From positions 1 to 55,692 of IMG/VR virus record IMGVR_UViG_3300035701_000039: a DNA stretch of 55,692 nucleotides. The stretch is one strand, 5' to 3'. A model generated the notes under the pieces. It was given only the letters and a program-made list of their open reading frames with translations, was not told the DNA's origin and did no database searches. Positions 54,339-55,692 of this stretch are shown here, one piece after another. Position 1 is the first letter of the stretch; every line of letters starts with the position of its first letter. The stretch comes from a virus (lineage: Duplodnaviria > Caudoviricetes). Position numbers and translations under genes: made by a program.

Positions 54339-54729
54339 AATGGTATATCTGGCATTTGCCTTTTCGGGCAATCCAACAGAGAACACTAGGAAGGAGAGGG
54401 AAATGGCTCTTAAACTGATGGATATTCACCCGGATTGGTTCATCCTGTCCCCTCATTTCGCTATAGATGTTCTACTAGACGGTTGTCTTGACTGGGGAAA
54501 AAGGAAAAGTAATTTTACCCAAGAGAGGAGGATAAAGGCCGGGATGATGTGTTTGGCATTTCTCTTCAAGTCTGATATAATGATTCTTGGTTGCGAACCC
54601 ACATATAAAGAAAGCCCCGGTGTGACGTGGGAGTATGTCATTGTTAGACTCTGGAATGAAAGTTTTAGAAGGGATAACCCAATCAAAATCATTACTCTTA
54701 AAGAGGCCTTAAAAATTGAAGACGAGTGA
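54310..54729 (+). CDS. Nucleoside 2-deoxyribosyltransferase-like protein (DUF1937/DUF4406 type)
   Basis: VYLAFAFSG, SPH, SDIMI, SPGVTWE. Confidence 0.72.
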   Translation: MRRELNSEPKMVYLAFAFSGNPTENTRKEREMALKLMDIHPDWFILSPHFAIDVLLDGCLDWGKRKSNFTQERRIKAGMMCLAFLFKSDIMILGCEPTYKESPGVTWEYVIVRLWNESFRRDNPIKIITLKEALKIEDE

Positions 54730-55063
54730 AATGGGAGAAGAGATGAAGAAGATGCTCAATGAACTAGTCCGCATCTTCTTGGATAGAAACATCCAATATG
54801 CCGGAGAAGAGGAATGGGCAGCCAATTTCAGAAGGAATGCCGAGTTGAATAGGATCCTAAGGATCGACAGAGTCATAACTAAACCTTATGGAAAGTCCTT
54901 GGCCTTCGTCGTCGATAAAGTCGACCGGGCAATTAATGGCATCATTCAGACTAACGAAGGGACGGTAACAGAAATGACCCATATTGGAGACTCGATCGAT
55001 GACGCCATTGTCTACCTGTTCATAACCAAGATGCTTCTCAAGGAGGACGAGTTAATTGAATAA
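54716..55063 (+). CDS. Nucleotide-modification-associated all-alpha protein (DUF1599/MazG-like)
   Basis: RNIQYA....ANF, K.DR, DSIDDAIVY. Confidence 0.7.
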   Translation: MKTSEMGEEMKKMLNELVRIFLDRNIQYAGEEEWAANFRRNAELNRILRIDRVITKPYGKSLAFVVDKVDRAINGIIQTNEGTVTEMTHIGDSIDDAIVYLFITKMLLKEDELIE

Positions 55064-55201
55064 GAAGGTTATTGCCGGCCTCTTAAAGGAACTTCAGAAA
55101 GAGGTCTGTAGTCCTAGAACCTGCCCCGCTAAATCCTACGACGACTGTTCCATCTGCAACATCCATAAGCTGACTAATAGGATCATGGAGGAGGCCAGCG
55201 A

Positions 55202-55423
55202 TTGTTAGACTTTCTAAGTTATGGCGGTATGATCTGTCTTCTTACCGCTCTTGTTCTGAATAGAAAGTATTTGAGATTATCAGATGCCCTTAATCTAATC
55301 GGTTCTTTAAGTCTGACTATTTGGGCAATTGTATTTCAAACATGGGCAATTTTCATCCTTGATTTCGTTTGGTCTATCATTTCAATTATCAAATTGCTTA
55401 AGGATTTGAGAACATGCCGATGA
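55202..55423 (+). CDS. Small three-helix membrane protein
   Basis: LNLIGS...ILDFVW pattern; hydrophobic. Confidence 0.65.
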   Translation: MLDFLSYGGMICLLTALVLNRKYLRLSDALNLIGSLSLTIWAIVFQTWAIFILDFVWSIISIIKLLKDLRTCR

Positions 55424-55692
55424 GTGAACGAAAAGGGAATGAGATAAGACAGAAGAAGAAACAGATCGTAGAAGCGGTCAAGAAGGCCATCGACTCGATC
55501 ATAGCGAAGGTTGACGCGAAGGAATCCCTCAGGGATGAGGACCTTAGGTTCTTAAAGACCGCGATGAAGGAATGGCCGGCCCTAGAAGAAAGTCTAGCAG
55601 AGTCTAAGGAAGAGATCGGTCTTCCGGAAGGACGTCTAAAGGAATTCATCGAGAGGTTGCTTCAACTTCAAGACATAGGATCCTTAGACGAG
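55414..55692 (+). CDS. Junction-spanning hypothetical protein (continues at 33..155; 133 aa)
   Basis: Frame stays open across the overlap: ...QDIGSLDE|IIEATGYYRCLTCNELH... Confidence 0.8.
   Translation, partial: MPMSERKGNEIRQKKKQIVEAVKKAIDSIIAKVDAKESLRDEDLRFLKTAMKEWPALEESLAESKEEIGLPEGRLKEFIERLLQLQDIGSLDE
55661..55692. repeat. Terminal direct repeat (assembly overlap), copy 2
   Basis: Identical to 1-32. Confidence 0.97.

Noticed and set aside
55661-55692. Biological terminal repeat
   Set aside because: It falls in the middle of an ORF and its length fits an assembler overlap; it shows circularity, not real termini

Overview
The window looks like the complete, circularly assembled genome (about 55,660 bp unique; the first 32 nt are repeated at the end and an ORF reads through the junction) of a head-tailed archaeal virus. 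Archaeal signals include TTTAAATA/TATATAA promoters, GGAGGTGA-type ribosome-binding sites, RadA, a short XPF/ERCC4 nuclease, PolB, a Topo VI-A/Spo11 homolog and many Zn-ribbon, wHTH and RHH mini-proteins. The host cannot be determined from sequence alone; a TACK/Bathyarchaeia-like host is a guess. Layout: (1) 0.9-1.7 kb non-coding control region with a 35-bp inverted repeat and GAACTGTATG-like repeats; (2) early genes: ART-fold protein, Spo11/Topo VI-A, and a nucleotide-modification cluster (MTase, UDG, dNMP kinase, Asp-type thymidylate-synthase homolog, dCTP deaminase); (3) head module: terminase, a separately promoted ~136-nt structured RNA, serine protease, portal, adhesin, MuF-like protein, ligase/peptidase/phosphoesterase/nucleotidyltransferase genes, HK97 protease, scaffold, major capsid protein; (4) tail module with a -1 frameshifted chaperone pair and a very short tape-measure candidate; (5) replication/recombination genes. 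The strongest novelty candidates are a pRNA-like RNA between terminase and portal, a probably virion-packaged DNA end-repair kit in the head operon, an HNH cassette nested stop-free inside a DUF559 gene, and a twice-repeated hairpin-pseudoknot-A-tract intergenic element. All family calls are by motif recognition by eye; no database searches or folding programs were run.
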